NCBI RefSeq assembly: GCF_000023965.1
Contig: NC_013202.1
Location: 1,500,001 to 1,532,000 of the forward strand
DNA length: 32,000 nt
Direction of reading: 5' to 3'
Source of the DNA: Halomicrobium mukohataei DSM 12286
GTDB lineage: Archaea; Halobacteriota; Halobacteria; Halobacteriales; Haloarculaceae
Of this stretch, positions 5,808-15,459 are shown piece by piece (the stretch's first letter is position 1; every line of letters begins with the position of its first letter). The notes below the pieces were generated by a model. The model worked only from the letters and a program-made list of their open reading frames with translations. It was not told the DNA's origin and did not search any database. A program made the position numbers and the translations under genes.

Positions 5808-6386
5808 TCACTCGTCGCGTTCCTCGAAGTCGATGTCGGTGGCGTTGTCGTGGTCGAAACCGGAAGGCGAGCCATCAGAGCCGGCGGTACCGGGGCCGTC
5901 GCTCGGGCCGGTGTCGGGACCGCCGGCCGGACCGCTCGGACTCGGGCCGGCGTCACCTTGGCCGGGGAAGCCACCGACGTAGACGTTGCCGCTCACGAAC
6001 CCCTGAGCTTTGGCGTCGAGGTAGGGGGTGATGATCCAGCGTTTGGCGGCCATGCGGATCGGTGCGCGAGTGATCGGCAGCGCGAGCAGGAGGCCGAGGA
6101 GGTCGGTGACGAAGCCGGGCGTGAGGAAGAACGCGCCCGCGGCGACGAGGAAGCCGCCGTCGACAAGCTCGTCGGTCGGCACCTCTCCAGTCGCTAGCTT
6201 CTCCTGGATCCTGCGCAGCGTGTGGCGTCCCTCGGCGCGGACCAGCAACATCCCGACGAGAGCGGTGACGACGACGAGCAACACGACGACGGCCGCAGAG
6301 AGCGTGTCGAACTGCGTTGCGGCGACGACGAGCAGGAGTGCGTCCAGCAGCGGTATCAACAGCAACACCGCGATGACCCGGAGCAT
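5808..6386 (-). CDS. fxsA: FxsA-family membrane protein with a Gly/Pro/Asp-rich acidic tail
   Basis: I trimmed track ORF 5808-6686 to ATG 6386: MLRVIAVLLLIPLLDALLLVVAA...LVRAEGRHTLRRIQEKLATGEVPTDELVDGGFLVAAGAFFLTPGFVTDLLGLLLALPITR. This matches the FxsA/UPF0716 pattern. The upstream part of the track ORF is Arg/Pro-rich and overlaps the divergent neighbour. Confidence 0.8.
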   Translation of the reverse strand: MLRVIAVLLLIPLLDALLLVVAATQFDTLSAAVVVLLVVVTALVGMLLVRAEGRHTLRRIQEKLATGEVPTDELVDGGFLVAAGAFFLTPGFVTDLLGLLLALPITRAPIRMAAKRWIITPYLDAKAQGFVSGNVYVGGFPGQGDAGPSPSGPAGGPDTGPSDGPGTAGSDGSPSGFDHDNATDIDFEERDE

Positions 6387-6526
6387 ACTCGCACTTGCCG
6401 GCGGCGACTCAAACGCTTTTCGAGTATCGGACCGGAGAGGGTCGTGACCCGACGCCACCGGACTGCGTGCTGACCGGGGTGATCCGAGAGTGCAAGTCTC
6501 TTGCCGGTCGGTTCCGTAACGCGGGT

Positions 6527-8161
6527 ATGGATCAGTTCGCAGCGGAGACGAAAGTCGAGTGGCGCGAGTGGGGGCCGGCGGCCTTCGAGGCTGCGCGGGA
6601 GGCCGGCAAGCCGATCCTGCTCGCGCTGACGGTGCCCTGGAGCCCCGAGTGTCGCGAGATGGACCGCAAGACGTACGCGGAGCCACGGATCGCGGCCAAC
6701 GTCAACGACGGCTTCGTCCCGGTCCGGGTCGACGGCGACCGCCACCCCGAGGTGCGCGAGCGATACATCATGGGTGGGTTTCCGTCGACGGTGTTTCTCA
6801 CGCCCGAGGGGACAGTGCTGACCGGGGCGACGTATCTCGGACCCGACGGCTTCCGTGGGATCCTCGACAGCGTCCGCGAGACGTGGGAGACGGAGGGAGA
6901 GGCCGCTGGTTCCGTCCCGCGCTCGCTCCAGACCGACGCGCCACCAGCGGGCGAGGTGACCGCACGGATCGAGGAGGCGATGGTCGAGCAGTTGCTCGCG
7001 GCTTACGACGAGGAGTACGGCGGCTGGGGCACCGACGTGAAGTTCCCGTTGCCACGGACCGTCGAGTTCGCGCTGGTGCGGGCTCGCGACCAGGCGACAC
7101 GGACGCTGGAGGCGATTCAGACGCACCTTCGGGACACCGACGACGGCGGGTTCTATCGCTACGCGAACGGCCGGACGTGGTCGGACGCGCGGACAGAGCG
7201 ACTCCTCGACGAGAACGCCGCTCTGGTCAGAGCGTTCGCTCACGGCTATCGCTACACGGGGGAGGAGGCCTATCGCGAGACCGCAGAGCGCGCCATCGAG
7301 TACCTGACGACGAAGCTGTGGGTCGACACCAGCGGGGACACCAGCGGTGCGTTCGCCGGCAGTCAGGCCGGCGACGACACGTATCACCGGCTGGACGCCA
7401 GCGATCGGGCCTCGGCGGATCCACCCCGGGTCGACGAGACGGTCTTCGCCGACCGGAACGGGATGGCCATCGACGCGCTGGCGACGTACGCCGCCTACAC
7501 CGACGACGAGCGCGCTCGCCGGTACGCCGAGCGCGCTCGCGAGACGATCGCCGAGACGCTCGTCGAGAACGGCGCGGCCACGCACTACCGGACCGACGAG
7601 GCCGTGGGGCCGACCGGGCTCCTCCTCGACCAGGCGCGGGTCCTGCAGGGACTGACGACCAGCTGGCAGGTGCTCGGCGAGGGCGGCCCCGCCAGAGCGA
7701 TCGCCGACTGGGCGATCGAGCACCTCCAGACCGAGAGCGGCGCGTTTCGCGACGGACCGGCCGACGGGCCGGGTCTGTGCTCGCGTTCGCAGTACCCGCT
7801 CGACGCGACCGTCGAGCTGGCCGACGCCTTGCTCGACCTGGCCGCGCTCGCCGACGACGAGCGCTACCGGGAGGCCGCTCACGGTGCCATCGCCGCCTTC
7901 GCCGGTGCGTCCGACCGGATGGGCGTCGAAGTTGCACACTACGCGGCCACGGCCGCCCGGCTCCGATCGCCCGCCGTCCTTCGCGTCGGGCCGCGGGCCG
8001 GGAGCGATCTCCACCGGGCCGCACTCCGGCTGGCCGACCACGAGACCGTCGTCGTCCCCGATGCTGGCGGCGACGAGGCGGTCCTGTTCGAAGACGGCGA
8101 GCGGGTCGGCACCGCCGAGGAGCCGGCGGGGCTCGAAGCCGTCCTGACGGGCGACGCGTAA
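6527..8161 (+). CDS. Thioredoxin-domain (DUF255/YyaL-like) protein with a C-terminal alpha-toroid region
   Basis: The N-terminus from ATG 6527 reads MDQFAAETKVEWREWGPAAFEAAREAGKPILLALTVPWSPECREMDRKTYAEPRIAANVNDGFVPVRVDGDRHPEV. This resembles the DUF255 thioredoxin-like fold, and the long helical remainder is typical of the family. The track start at 6395 adds 44 non-conserved-looking residues. Confidence 0.85.
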   Translation: MDQFAAETKVEWREWGPAAFEAAREAGKPILLALTVPWSPECREMDRKTYAEPRIAANVNDGFVPVRVDGDRHPEVRERYIMGGFPSTVFLTPEGTVLTGATYLGPDGFRGILDSVRETWETEGEAAGSVPRSLQTDAPPAGEVTARIEEAMVEQLLAAYDEEYGGWGTDVKFPLPRTVEFALVRARDQATRTLEAIQTHLRDTDDGGFYRYANGRTWSDARTERLLDENAALVRAFAHGYRYTGEEAYRETAERAIEYLTTKLWVDTSGDTSGAFAGSQAGDDTYHRLDASDRASADPPRVDETVFADRNGMAIDALATYAAYTDDERARRYAERARETIAETLVENGAATHYRTDEAVGPTGLLLDQARVLQGLTTSWQVLGEGGPARAIADWAIEHLQTESGAFRDGPADGPGLCSRSQYPLDATVELADALLDLAALADDERYREAAHGAIAAFAGASDRMGVEVAHYAATAARLRSPAVLRVGPRAGSDLHRAALRLADHETVVVPDAGGDEAVLFEDGERVGTAEEPAGLEAVLTGDA

Positions 8162-8234
8162 GCCCCGTCTCGAAAAACGATACACGCGGGCAAACTGCCG
8201 ATGCGTTTTTGACTGCTCGGGTCCTGTCGTCGGT

Positions 8235-9038
8235 ATGGCGAATCTGAGAGACCTCGGCCTCTCCGAGTACGAAGATCGCGCCTTCCGGTCGCTGCTGGAC
8301 ACGGGACCCACAACTGCAAAGGAGTTGTCACGCGCCAGCGACGTTCCGATGGGGCGCATCTACGACGTGCTCAACAGCCTGGAGACGTACAACCTCGTCC
8401 GCAGCCAGACGGCCAGTCGGCCCAAAAAGTACGCGCCGGTCGAGCCCGACACCGCCCTGGAGCGGCTCCTGGAGGACAAGAAACGCCAGCTCGACGAGAA
8501 GGCAAAGCAGTACGAGGAGATCGTCGACGAACTCTCGAATCAACTCGAATCCGCCGAACCGGTCGAGGAACCGTTCTGGACCGCCGCCGTCGGACCCGCC
8601 GAGACCGTCGACCTCCTGGTCGAGCGGCTCTCGGCCGCCGACGAGCGAATCGTGATGGTGGGATCGCTGCCCGGCCGGCAACTCGACCTGACCGAGGCGA
8701 CCGACCGGCTGGTCGACGAACTGGAGCGTGCGCTCCAGCGCGGCGTCGAGGTGTACATGCTCCTGCCGCCCTCCTTCGTCGAGGCAGTCCCGGCAGACGT
8801 GGGTGAGTCTTACCAGCGACGCCTCCAGCAGTACGACAACTACCACTACCGCACCACGGAGGAGGTCACGTCGACGTTCGAGCTGATCGACGACATCGAG
8901 GTGTGCATCGAGGTGCCCCACCCACTCGGAGGGTCGACGTTTGCCGTGATCGATCTGAAAGATCCGGAGTTCGCCGACGAGATCTACGCGGAGTTCGAGC
9001 CACGCTGGCAGCGGGCCAGAGAGATCGTCGGGGACTGA
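8235..9038 (+). CDS. TrmB-family transcriptional regulator
   Basis: The N-terminal winged helix LRDLGLSEYEDRAFRSLLDTGPTTAKELSRASDVPMGRIYDVLNSLETYNLV is followed by a coiled-coil and a C-terminal domain. This is the typical TrmB architecture. Confidence 0.85.
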   Translation: MANLRDLGLSEYEDRAFRSLLDTGPTTAKELSRASDVPMGRIYDVLNSLETYNLVRSQTASRPKKYAPVEPDTALERLLEDKKRQLDEKAKQYEEIVDELSNQLESAEPVEEPFWTAAVGPAETVDLLVERLSAADERIVMVGSLPGRQLDLTEATDRLVDELERALQRGVEVYMLLPPSFVEAVPADVGESYQRRLQQYDNYHYRTTEEVTSTFELIDDIEVCIEVPHPLGGSTFAVIDLKDPEFADEIYAEFEPRWQRAREIVGD

Positions 9039-9042
9039 CGGC

Positions 9043-9972
9043 TCAGTCGTCGGCCAGTTCCGCTTCGAGGTCCCCGAAGGTGGCGACCCGCTCGGCGTGG
9101 GCGTTGTGCTGGTGGATCGACTCGTCGTTGGACTGTTTCATCGTCACGATCGCGTCGGCCGGGAGGTGGTCGAAGCGGTCGACGACGCCCTCGGCCATCG
9201 AGCGCACGCAGTCCTCGACGAACTTGGCGTTCTTGTGTGACTCGTAGGTCATGTGGTCCTCGTCGGGTCGCTTGGCGAGGTTGTAGATGCGGGCGCTCAT
9301 CGACTCGCGGGCGACCTCGATTACGTCGAGCAGGTCCACGTCGGGCGCGCCCTCGCTCTCGATGGTCAGGGTCGCGTGGCCCCGCTGGGAGTGGCCCGGC
9401 TGGGGGACCTCTTCGAGGAACGAGTCGATGGTCTCGTCGTCGACGTCGAGGCCCCGCAGCGTCTCGCGAGCGCGAGCGGCCGACATCCCTTGCGAGCAGG
9501 GACAGACCGTCATCCCGGTGACGCGGGCCCCGATCTCCTCGCGGGTGCCCTCGGCGTCGGCGGTCGCCGACGCGACGATGTCGGCCGTCGACTGCGTGGG
9601 CCGTTCGGAGGCAGGCGTCTCCTCGCGGGTGACGTACTCGGCTTCCATCCGCACCTCGGCGTTGGTCGTGTAGTCGTGCTTGTCGAGGAGTCGCTCGGCC
9701 GCCTCACCGCAGACTGCTTCGACACCCGAGACCTCGTCGCGGACCGCCGCTTCGAGCGTCTCGTCGATGACTTCCATGTTGCGGCTCATGTCTGCGCCCT
9801 TGCGCCAGGAGGGGAGGTCGACGAACACCTCGAAAGTCGCCATCAGCACGATCGGGCGCTGGTCGGCCCGGTCGATCTTCACGAGCTTCTCGACGCCGGT
9901 GACGCCGACGCGGTTGAGGCCGACGGTGACGTCCGGGCTCGACGCCTGAACGTCCGGCAGTTGTTGGCTCAT
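9043..9972 (-). CDS. mptA: GTP cyclohydrolase MptA (FolE2/type IV family)
   Basis: The blocks PDVQ...[21 protein letters not shown]...[19 protein letters not shown]...CPCSQ...HSQRG...KRPDE...KFVEDCVR...[12 protein letters not shown] match my recollection of the MJ0775/MptA family. Confidence 0.85.
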   Translation of the reverse strand: MSQQLPDVQASSPDVTVGLNRVGVTGVEKLVKIDRADQRPIVLMATFEVFVDLPSWRKGADMSRNMEVIDETLEAAVRDEVSGVEAVCGEAAERLLDKHDYTTNAEVRMEAEYVTREETPASERPTQSTADIVASATADAEGTREEIGARVTGMTVCPCSQGMSAARARETLRGLDVDDETIDSFLEEVPQPGHSQRGHATLTIESEGAPDVDLLDVIEVARESMSARIYNLAKRPDEDHMTYESHKNAKFVEDCVRSMAEGVVDRFDHLPADAIVTMKQSNDESIHQHNAHAERVATFGDLEAELADD

Positions 9973-10052
9973 CGACCCGTCCTAGGGAACAACTTCGGTT
10001 AGTGTTTTCGGAACCCCCCGTGAAAAGTGGGGTCACAGTGCGAGTGGGTCGA

Positions 10053-10646
10053 TCACTCGTCCAGCGACAGCTCCGCGCGGCCGCCCACGTCGCGGAAGAT
10101 CGCCTCGTAATCGTGCTCGTCGAAGCGGTCGACGATCTCGTCGAGCTCGGTCTGGTGGTCCTCGATCCGATCTTTGAGCTCCTGAAACTCCTCGCTCGAC
10201 CGGAGTTCTGCCTCCCGTTTGGACGCTTTGAGCGCCGCGAACTTCGAGGTGAGCGCGTAGTACTCCCGCAGGTGGTTCTGGTAGGCCGCACAGCTCTGGA
10301 GGCGTTCGATCGTCTCGAAGAGGTCGTCGCGACTGACGGGCTTGACGACGTAGTCGTCGAAGGGCATGTCGATGATGTCGAAGTCGGGGTCGACCGCGGT
10401 CACCATCGCCACCCGCGCCTGGAGGTCACGCTCGCGAATCCGTTCGAGGATCGCGTCGCCGGAGATGTCCGGCATCCGTCGGTCGAGCAACACGACATCG
10501 ATCTCGGGTTCGAGTGCGTCCAGCGCGGCCTGGCCGCTGTAGACCGTCTGGATGTCGTACTGACCGCGCAGCTGGGCTGCGTAGGCGTCTGCCACGTCGG
10601 GCTCGTCGTCGACGATCAGCACAGTCGCGCGCTCGCTCACGGCCAT
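10053..10646 (-). CDS. Response regulator with a receiver domain and a HalX-type C-terminal domain
   Basis: The receiver signature is TVLIVDDEPDVADAY...VVLLDRRMPDISGD...MVTAVDP...DYVVKP. It is followed by a helical HalX-like tail. The track start at 10670 is TTG, so I use ATG 10646 (MAVSERATVLIVDD). Confidence 0.85.
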   Translation of the reverse strand: MAVSERATVLIVDDEPDVADAYAAQLRGQYDIQTVYSGQAALDALEPEIDVVLLDRRMPDISGDAILERIRERDLQARVAMVTAVDPDFDIIDMPFDDYVVKPVSRDDLFETIERLQSCAAYQNHLREYYALTSKFAALKASKREAELRSSEEFQELKDRIEDHQTELDEIVDRFDEHDYEAIFRDVGGRAELSLDE

Positions 10647-10739
10647 CTGACTACGTACACTATGGACCAACTAACGCAAAAGCGTTCCGGGGATCGGCCG
10701 CCGTCCGGGAGTTTTTCTCCTCGTCGACGACACCGTGAG

Positions 10740-11777
10740 TCAGTTCCCGACGAGATCGTCGTACCGCGCCCCGGTCTGTTTCAGCGTCGCCGTCGAGTAG
10801 AGTCGCTCGTGGTCGTCGGGCAGGTACTCGTTCGCCAGCTCGTCGATCTTCGCGTCGACGGCGTCGCTCTCCCGGCCGTGGATCATCGTGAAGAGGTTGT
10901 ACGGCCAGTCCTGTTCCGGTCGCCGCGGGCGGTGGTAACACAGCGTCACGTAGGGCAGTTCGCCGACCGTCCGTCCGCGCTCGTCGAGTTCGTCGTCGGG
11001 CACGTCCCAGACGACCATGCAGTTGCTGTCGAAGCCGGTCGCGACGTGGTTGACGACACAGCCGATTCGCTTGATACAGCCGTCCTCGCGCAGGCGCTCG
11101 ATCGTCGCCAGTACGTCCGGGACCGGTGCGTCGACGCTCGCGGCCAGATCGCGGTACGGCGTCGCCGACAGCGGCATTCCGTCCTGAATCGCGAGCAGCA
11201 GCCGGCGGGCCAGCGGTGTCAGATCCGCGGCCGCCGACTCGCTGATCCGGGTCGCGCTCACGTCCGTCGACTGCAGGCTCTCGCGGGCGAAGCGGTCCGT
11301 GTTGACGACGGGAAACTCCAGGTCGATGTAGTAGTCGGTCAGCATCGGCAGCGCGAGCACCGAACAGCCGGTACGGGACTCGATCTCGGCGAGGATCTCG
11401 TCGCGGCGCTCGCGGGTGCTGGCAGTGACGACGAACCACATGTTCCACTCGTGGTCGCGGGCGTAGTTGTGGTTCACCTGCTCGTAGCCGTTGACGATCT
11501 CGGCACACTCGTCGAAGCGCTCGTCGGGGACCGAGATGGCCGCCAGCGCCGACGATCCGATGACGGGAGGGTTCAGTACCGGGCCGAACCGGCGGAAGAC
11601 GCCGTCGTCGAGCAGTCGTTGGACGCGTTCGAGCGCGTCGTCGGCGTCGATGCCCAGCCGTGTGCCGACGGTCTCGAAGGGACGCTCTTCGACGGGGAAC
11701 CCGCTCTGGTAGCCGTCGATGAGCGTGGCGTCCACGTCGTCGATGCGCTCGCGCCAGTCGCCCGACCGGAGACTCAT
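10740..11777 (-). CDS. Siroheme decarboxylase, fused AhbA/AhbB-type (Lrp/AsnC-like, NirDL-like) protein of the alternative haem pathway
   Basis: The protein has two homologous halves. Each has an HTH-like N-part (IDGYQSGFPVEERPF... and LLLAIQDGMPLSATPY...) and an AsnC-type C-part (VNHNYARDHEWNMWFVV and VTLCYHRPRRPEQDWPYNLFTMIHG). This is as in AhbA/AhbB/NirD-L proteins. Confidence 0.8.
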   Translation of the reverse strand: MSLRSGDWRERIDDVDATLIDGYQSGFPVEERPFETVGTRLGIDADDALERVQRLLDDGVFRRFGPVLNPPVIGSSALAAISVPDERFDECAEIVNGYEQVNHNYARDHEWNMWFVVTASTRERRDEILAEIESRTGCSVLALPMLTDYYIDLEFPVVNTDRFARESLQSTDVSATRISESAAADLTPLARRLLLAIQDGMPLSATPYRDLAASVDAPVPDVLATIERLREDGCIKRIGCVVNHVATGFDSNCMVVWDVPDDELDERGRTVGELPYVTLCYHRPRRPEQDWPYNLFTMIHGRESDAVDAKIDELANEYLPDDHERLYSTATLKQTGARYDDLVGN

Positions 11778-11832
11778 CGGTCCGACTAGGGAGTGCGGTG
11801 GTGTATCCCTTTCGACTGTCTGGCGCGTCGAT

Positions 11833-11848
11833 CCCCCAGATCTGGGGG
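11833..11848. promoter_or_regulatory. Perfect 16-bp palindrome CCCCCAGATCTGGGGG in a divergent promoter region
   Basis: It lies in the 136-bp gap between the divergently transcribed ahbAB-like gene (start 11777) and the trpD-like gene (start 11914). The operator role is inferred only. Confidence 0.25.
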
Positions 11849-11913
11849 TTCTCGACCGGCAATTTCGGCGGTGAACCGGGGGGCTTTAGCCGATCGCGGC
11901 CGAACAGGTTCGC

Positions 11914-12999
11914 ATGGCACAAGCGACCAGCGAGTACGGCGAGTGGCCGCTCAAGCGTCTGATGACAGAGGTCGTCGGCTCGGGGCACAAGTCCGCCGAG
12001 GACATGACCCGCGAGCAGGCCCGCGAGGCGTTCCAGCGGATCCTCGACGGTGAACCCGACGAGACGACGCTGGGCGCGTTCTGGCTGGCGAACCGCTGGA
12101 AGCGAAACACGCCCGAGGAGCTGGCGGCCTTCGTCGACGTGATGCGCGAGGAGAGCGTCGAGGTCGCGGCCCCCAGCGCCGACCCCGTCGACTGCGGGGC
12201 CAACTACGACGGCAAGCACACCTCCGCCATTCTCGGGGTGGCCGCCGGTGTCGTCGCCGCCGCCGCGGGCACGCCAGTGGTTGTCCACTCGGGCGATCGC
12301 GTCCCGACCCAGAAGCTCGACGCCTACAAGCACGTGCTGGACGAACTCGGCGCGACGACGGATCTCTCGCCCGGCGAGAGCGCCGACCTGGTCGACGACG
12401 TGGGCTTTGGCTTCTACTATCAGCCCGCGTTCAACCCCGGCGTCGACGATCTCTTCGAACGGCGGGACATGATGGGCGTTCGGACCTACGTCAACACCGT
12501 CGAGACGCTGGCGAATCCGGCCGACGCGAGCGTCCACCTCGGGAGCTTCTATCACCTCGCGTTCGCCAAGCGGATGGTCAAGACGCTCAAGAAGTCCCGG
12601 CGCAACCCCGCCGAGCGGGCACTGTTCTTCCAGGGCATGGAGGGGTACGACGACATCCGCCCCGGCGCGACCGTCGTCGCGGAGTGGCCCTCCGACGACG
12701 CGGAGGCCGACGAGAACGGCATCCTCGACTACGAGATCCGCACCTCCGAGTACGGGATGGACATCCAGGGCGAGGACCTCGAAGTCGAGGACGTGGCCGG
12801 CGACTCGGCGACGATCACCGAGGAAGTCGTGGCAGGCGACCGCGAGGACGCCTTCGCCGACGCCGTGGAACTCAACGCCGCACTGCGGATCTACGCACGC
12901 GAGGACGTGTCGGGCCTCGACGACGGCATAGCCGAGGCCCGCGCAGCCATCAGCGACGGCAGCGCCGCCGCGGTCCTCGAAGACCTCCGCTCGTACTGA
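11914..12999 (+). CDS. Anthranilate phosphoribosyltransferase-like protein (glycosyltransferase family 3, TrpD2-type)
   Basis: The N-terminal helical domain reads EDMTREQAREAFQRILDGEPDETTLGAFWLANRWKRNTPEELAAF. A GT3-like core follows: DCGANYDGK, PVVVHSGDRVPTQK. It has no trp operon context, hence the TrpD paralog call. Confidence 0.8.
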   Translation: MAQATSEYGEWPLKRLMTEVVGSGHKSAEDMTREQAREAFQRILDGEPDETTLGAFWLANRWKRNTPEELAAFVDVMREESVEVAAPSADPVDCGANYDGKHTSAILGVAAGVVAAAAGTPVVVHSGDRVPTQKLDAYKHVLDELGATTDLSPGESADLVDDVGFGFYYQPAFNPGVDDLFERRDMMGVRTYVNTVETLANPADASVHLGSFYHLAFAKRMVKTLKKSRRNPAERALFFQGMEGYDDIRPGATVVAEWPSDDAEADENGILDYEIRTSEYGMDIQGEDLEVEDVAGDSATITEEVVAGDREDAFADAVELNAALRIYAREDVSGLDDGIAEARAAISDGSAAAVLEDLRSY

Positions 13000-13026
13000 C
13001 GACATCGGCAGACGCGACGCTCTCAG

Positions 13027-13932
13027 ATGACCTCTCAGACACCCACGTTCGACGAGCAAGCGGTGACACACGAACGCGCGACGGTCAACGGGGTCGGCCT
13101 GCACTACGTGATCGCCGGCCCGGCAGACGGCGATCTCGTGGTCTTGCTCCACGGCTTCCCGGAGTTCTGGTACTCCTGGCACAATCAGCTCCCGTCGCTC
13201 GCCGACGCCGGCTACCGGGTCGTCGCGCCGGACCTGCGCGGCTACAACCGCTCGGAGAAGCCACCGAACGTCGCGGACTATCGAGTCGACGAACTGGTCG
13301 CCGACGTCGCCGGGCTGATCGAGCACTGCGGCCGCGAGCGAGCCCACGTCGTCGGCCACGACTGGGGCGGCCTGATCGCCTGGCACGTCGGCAGCGACCG
13401 TCCCGAGGTCGTCGACCGCCTGGCCGTCCTGAACGCGCCCCACCCGACCAGCTACGAGCGGCTGCTTCGCTCCTCGCCCACCCAGATCGCGAAGTCCTGG
13501 TACGTCTTCTACTTCCAGTTGCCCGTCCTCCCCGAGCTGGGGTTCCGACTGAACGACTACGCCGCCGTGGAGTCGATCCTGGGCGAGACAGTCCGGCCCG
13601 ACGCGTTCACCGACGAGGACGTCGAGCGCTACAAGTCCGCCCTCGCGACGCCGGGCGCACTGACGGCGGCGGTCAACTACTACCGGGCGCTCGGTCGCCA
13701 GCGAGCGCGGTCGATGCTGACTGGCGGCGGCGAGCCGGACCGCAGCGTCGACGTGCCGACGCTGCTGCTGTGGGGCGAGCGAGACTTCGCGCTCGACACC
13801 GAACTGACCGAGGGACTCGACGAGTGGGTCGACGACCTCCGCGTCGAGCGGATTCCCGACGCGAGCCACTGGGTGCAGTTCGACGCGCCGGAGCGAGTCG
13901 ACGGGGCTCTCGTCGACTTCTTCACCGACTAG
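13027..13932 (+). CDS. Alpha/beta-fold hydrolase (epoxide hydrolase / haloalkane dehalogenase-like)
   Basis: Motifs seen: HGFPEFWYSWHNQ, APDLRGYNRSEKP, nucleophile elbow GHDWGG, and a C-terminal DASHWVQ. Confidence 0.85.
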   Translation: MTSQTPTFDEQAVTHERATVNGVGLHYVIAGPADGDLVVLLHGFPEFWYSWHNQLPSLADAGYRVVAPDLRGYNRSEKPPNVADYRVDELVADVAGLIEHCGRERAHVVGHDWGGLIAWHVGSDRPEVVDRLAVLNAPHPTSYERLLRSSPTQIAKSWYVFYFQLPVLPELGFRLNDYAAVESILGETVRPDAFTDEDVERYKSALATPGALTAAVNYYRALGRQRARSMLTGGGEPDRSVDVPTLLLWGERDFALDTELTEGLDEWVDDLRVERIPDASHWVQFDAPERVDGALVDFFTD

Positions 13933-14689
13933 AGCGCTCCATCGGCGTCGAACACCGCATGCAGAGCGTGCGGTCGGCGACCCAGTTCACGTCCGTCGAG
14001 CCACACTCCGGACACCTGAAGTTCGCGTTGTTGTACTCCGTCGTGCCGCGGCTCGCGGCGAGAGTGCCGTCGTCGACCACGTGCGCGAGCAACGAGGGGA
14101 ACCGCTGGCGCTTGAACTGCGCGCGGTGAGCGAGAAACCGACCCGGCTCGTTCGGATCGGCCCCGTGGAGATCCTCCCACGTGATCGCGATTTCCCCGTC
14201 GTCGAGCCCGCGAGCGACCTGTTTGATCGTCGCCGCCGCGGCCTCGAAAAGCGGTGTCGTCGCCCACCGCTGTGGCGACTCCGCGTCGGCCGCCTCGTAG
14301 GCGTCGACCGCGTCCGCGTACGCCGCGTGTGGGTCTCCCACGTCGCCCACGACCCGGTAGTCGGCGACGAACTCGGCGAGGCAGGCTCGCTGTACCGGGT
14401 GTTCGAGGACGTGTTCGAGGTCCCGTGCGACGGCGACACCCTCGACACAGCGGTGGGTCGCCCGTTCGTCGGCTTCCGCGACGCGGTAGGCGACCGCGGC
14501 CGTCGCGAGCAAGCGCAGTCCGTCGCCGATCCACCCGTTCTCGTCGGGTTCGAAGGGGTGCTGTCCGTCGTGTGGGTCGGCGAGTGTCGCCCGCGCCGCG
14601 CGGGTGTACTCGTCGCCGGCACGTTCGTAGCGTCGGTCAGCGATAGCGTCGACGGCTGCCGTGTGTGCGTCCGTGGCCGTGTCGACCAT
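13922..14689 (-). CDS. Conserved-looking hypothetical protein with a C-terminal zinc-ribbon (CPEC...CMRC)
   Basis: 255-aa ATG ORF with acidic composition. The C-terminus reads FRCPECGSTDVNWVADRTLCMRCSTP. It overlaps the convergent hydrolase gene by 11 nt. I recognise no family. Confidence 0.65.
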   Translation of the reverse strand: MVDTATDAHTAAVDAIADRRYERAGDEYTRAARATLADPHDGQHPFEPDENGWIGDGLRLLATAAVAYRVAEADERATHRCVEGVAVARDLEHVLEHPVQRACLAEFVADYRVVGDVGDPHAAYADAVDAYEAADAESPQRWATTPLFEAAAATIKQVARGLDDGEIAITWEDLHGADPNEPGRFLAHRAQFKRQRFPSLLAHVVDDGTLAASRGTTEYNNANFRCPECGSTDVNWVADRTLCMRCSTPMERSSR

Positions 14690-14773
14690 ACGACTCCTTG
14701 GCCGCCGGGCGGAAATACCGTCGGATCTGACTGGCCGGAGAGCACTCTTTGGGGACGAGCCCCAACGGACGGC

Positions 14774-15367
14774 ATGGACCGTAACGACGTCCGCGCGGCC
14801 TGGGACGAAGTCGCCGAGACGTACGCTCGCCAGCGTGATCCCGACGGTTCCGACGCGGCGCTGATCGGAGACTTCCTCGACGAGTTACCGCCCGACCCGC
14901 TCGTCCTCGACGCGGGCTGTGGCGACGGTGCCCGGACGCTGGCGAACCTGCCGGCCGGTAGCCTGGGACTGGACTTCTCCGGGCGTGGGCTCGAACTCGC
15001 AGCCCAGACGGTTCCCGAGGCCCGCCTCCTGCAGGGGGACATGACCGCGCTGCCGGTCGCCGACGACGCCGTCGACGGGATCACGGCCTACCACGCCGTC
15101 TTTCACGTCCCACGCGACGAACAGCCGACCGTCTACCGGGAGTTCGCTCGGGTACTGGAGCCGGGCGGCAGCGTCCTGATGACGCTGCCCGGTGGCCGCT
15201 TCGAGACGGTTCGACGGGGCTGGATGGGCGGTGAGATGTTCTTCGCCGCGCCGGGTCGCGAACAGACGCTCACACAGCTTCGGGACGCGGGTTTCGACGA
15301 CCTCCGAACGACGAGTGCAGACGACCCCCTCGGCTCCAGCACCGAGTTCGTCGTGGCGTCGCTGTAG
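14774..15367 (+). CDS. Class I SAM-dependent methyltransferase
   Basis: I trimmed track ORF 14081-15367 to ATG 14774 (MDRNDVRAAWDEVAETYA...). Motif I is VLDAGCGDGA, followed by LQGDMTALP and LEPGGSVLM. The upstream part of the track ORF is antisense to 13922-14689. Confidence 0.85.
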   Translation: MDRNDVRAAWDEVAETYARQRDPDGSDAALIGDFLDELPPDPLVLDAGCGDGARTLANLPAGSLGLDFSGRGLELAAQTVPEARLLQGDMTALPVADDAVDGITAYHAVFHVPRDEQPTVYREFARVLEPGGSVLMTLPGGRFETVRRGWMGGEMFFAAPGREQTLTQLRDAGFDDLRTTSADDPLGSSTEFVVASL

Positions 15368-15459
15368 CGAGCCACGTCGACCGCCGTCCGCACCGCTACC
15401 CCGGTGCCCGTACCCCCGTGGGGGTTCGGATTTAATGTCTCCATACTGTTTAATGAGAA

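Noticed and set aside
8173-8210. AAAAACG...CGTTTTT inverted 7-mers with a T5 run after the DUF255 gene
   Set aside because: It is plausibly a terminator for 6527-8161. It equally sits at the promoter position (about -27) of the leaderless-looking TrmB gene. The case is too ambiguous to annotate as either.
6559-8247. 562-aa plus-strand ORF in an alternative frame of the DUF255 gene
   Set aside because: Its composition is extremely Arg-rich (RRRxRR runs). It is a frame-shifted shadow of the real gene.
6356-8359. 667-aa minus-strand ORF covering the whole DUF255 gene
   Set aside because: It is Arg/Pro/Gly-rich with no recognisable motifs. It is antisense to a gene with clear family signatures. 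Long stop-free antisense frames are expected at about 70% GC.
10002-11789. 595-aa plus-strand ORF
   Set aside because: It is antisense to both the response regulator and the siroheme decarboxylase gene. It has no motifs and is a GC-driven open frame.
10660-13869. 1069-aa minus-strand ORF, the longest in the track
   Set aside because: It spans four independently well-supported genes on both strands. It is Arg/Pro/Gly-rich with no domain signatures, and it looks like a GC artefact.
12684-14129. 481-aa plus-strand ORF, together with similar Arg-rich ORFs at 13987-15084(-), 15466-16647(-), 25205-26005(-) and 26942-28153(-)
   Set aside because: All are alternative-frame or antisense shadows of genes with clear family motifs. 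All show the RRxRR / PRR composition typical of non-coding frames in high-GC DNA.
14081-14773. N-terminal 231 codons of track ORF 14081-15367
   Set aside because: This part is antisense to the zinc-ribbon protein gene 13922-14689. The methyltransferase fold starts at ATG 14774.
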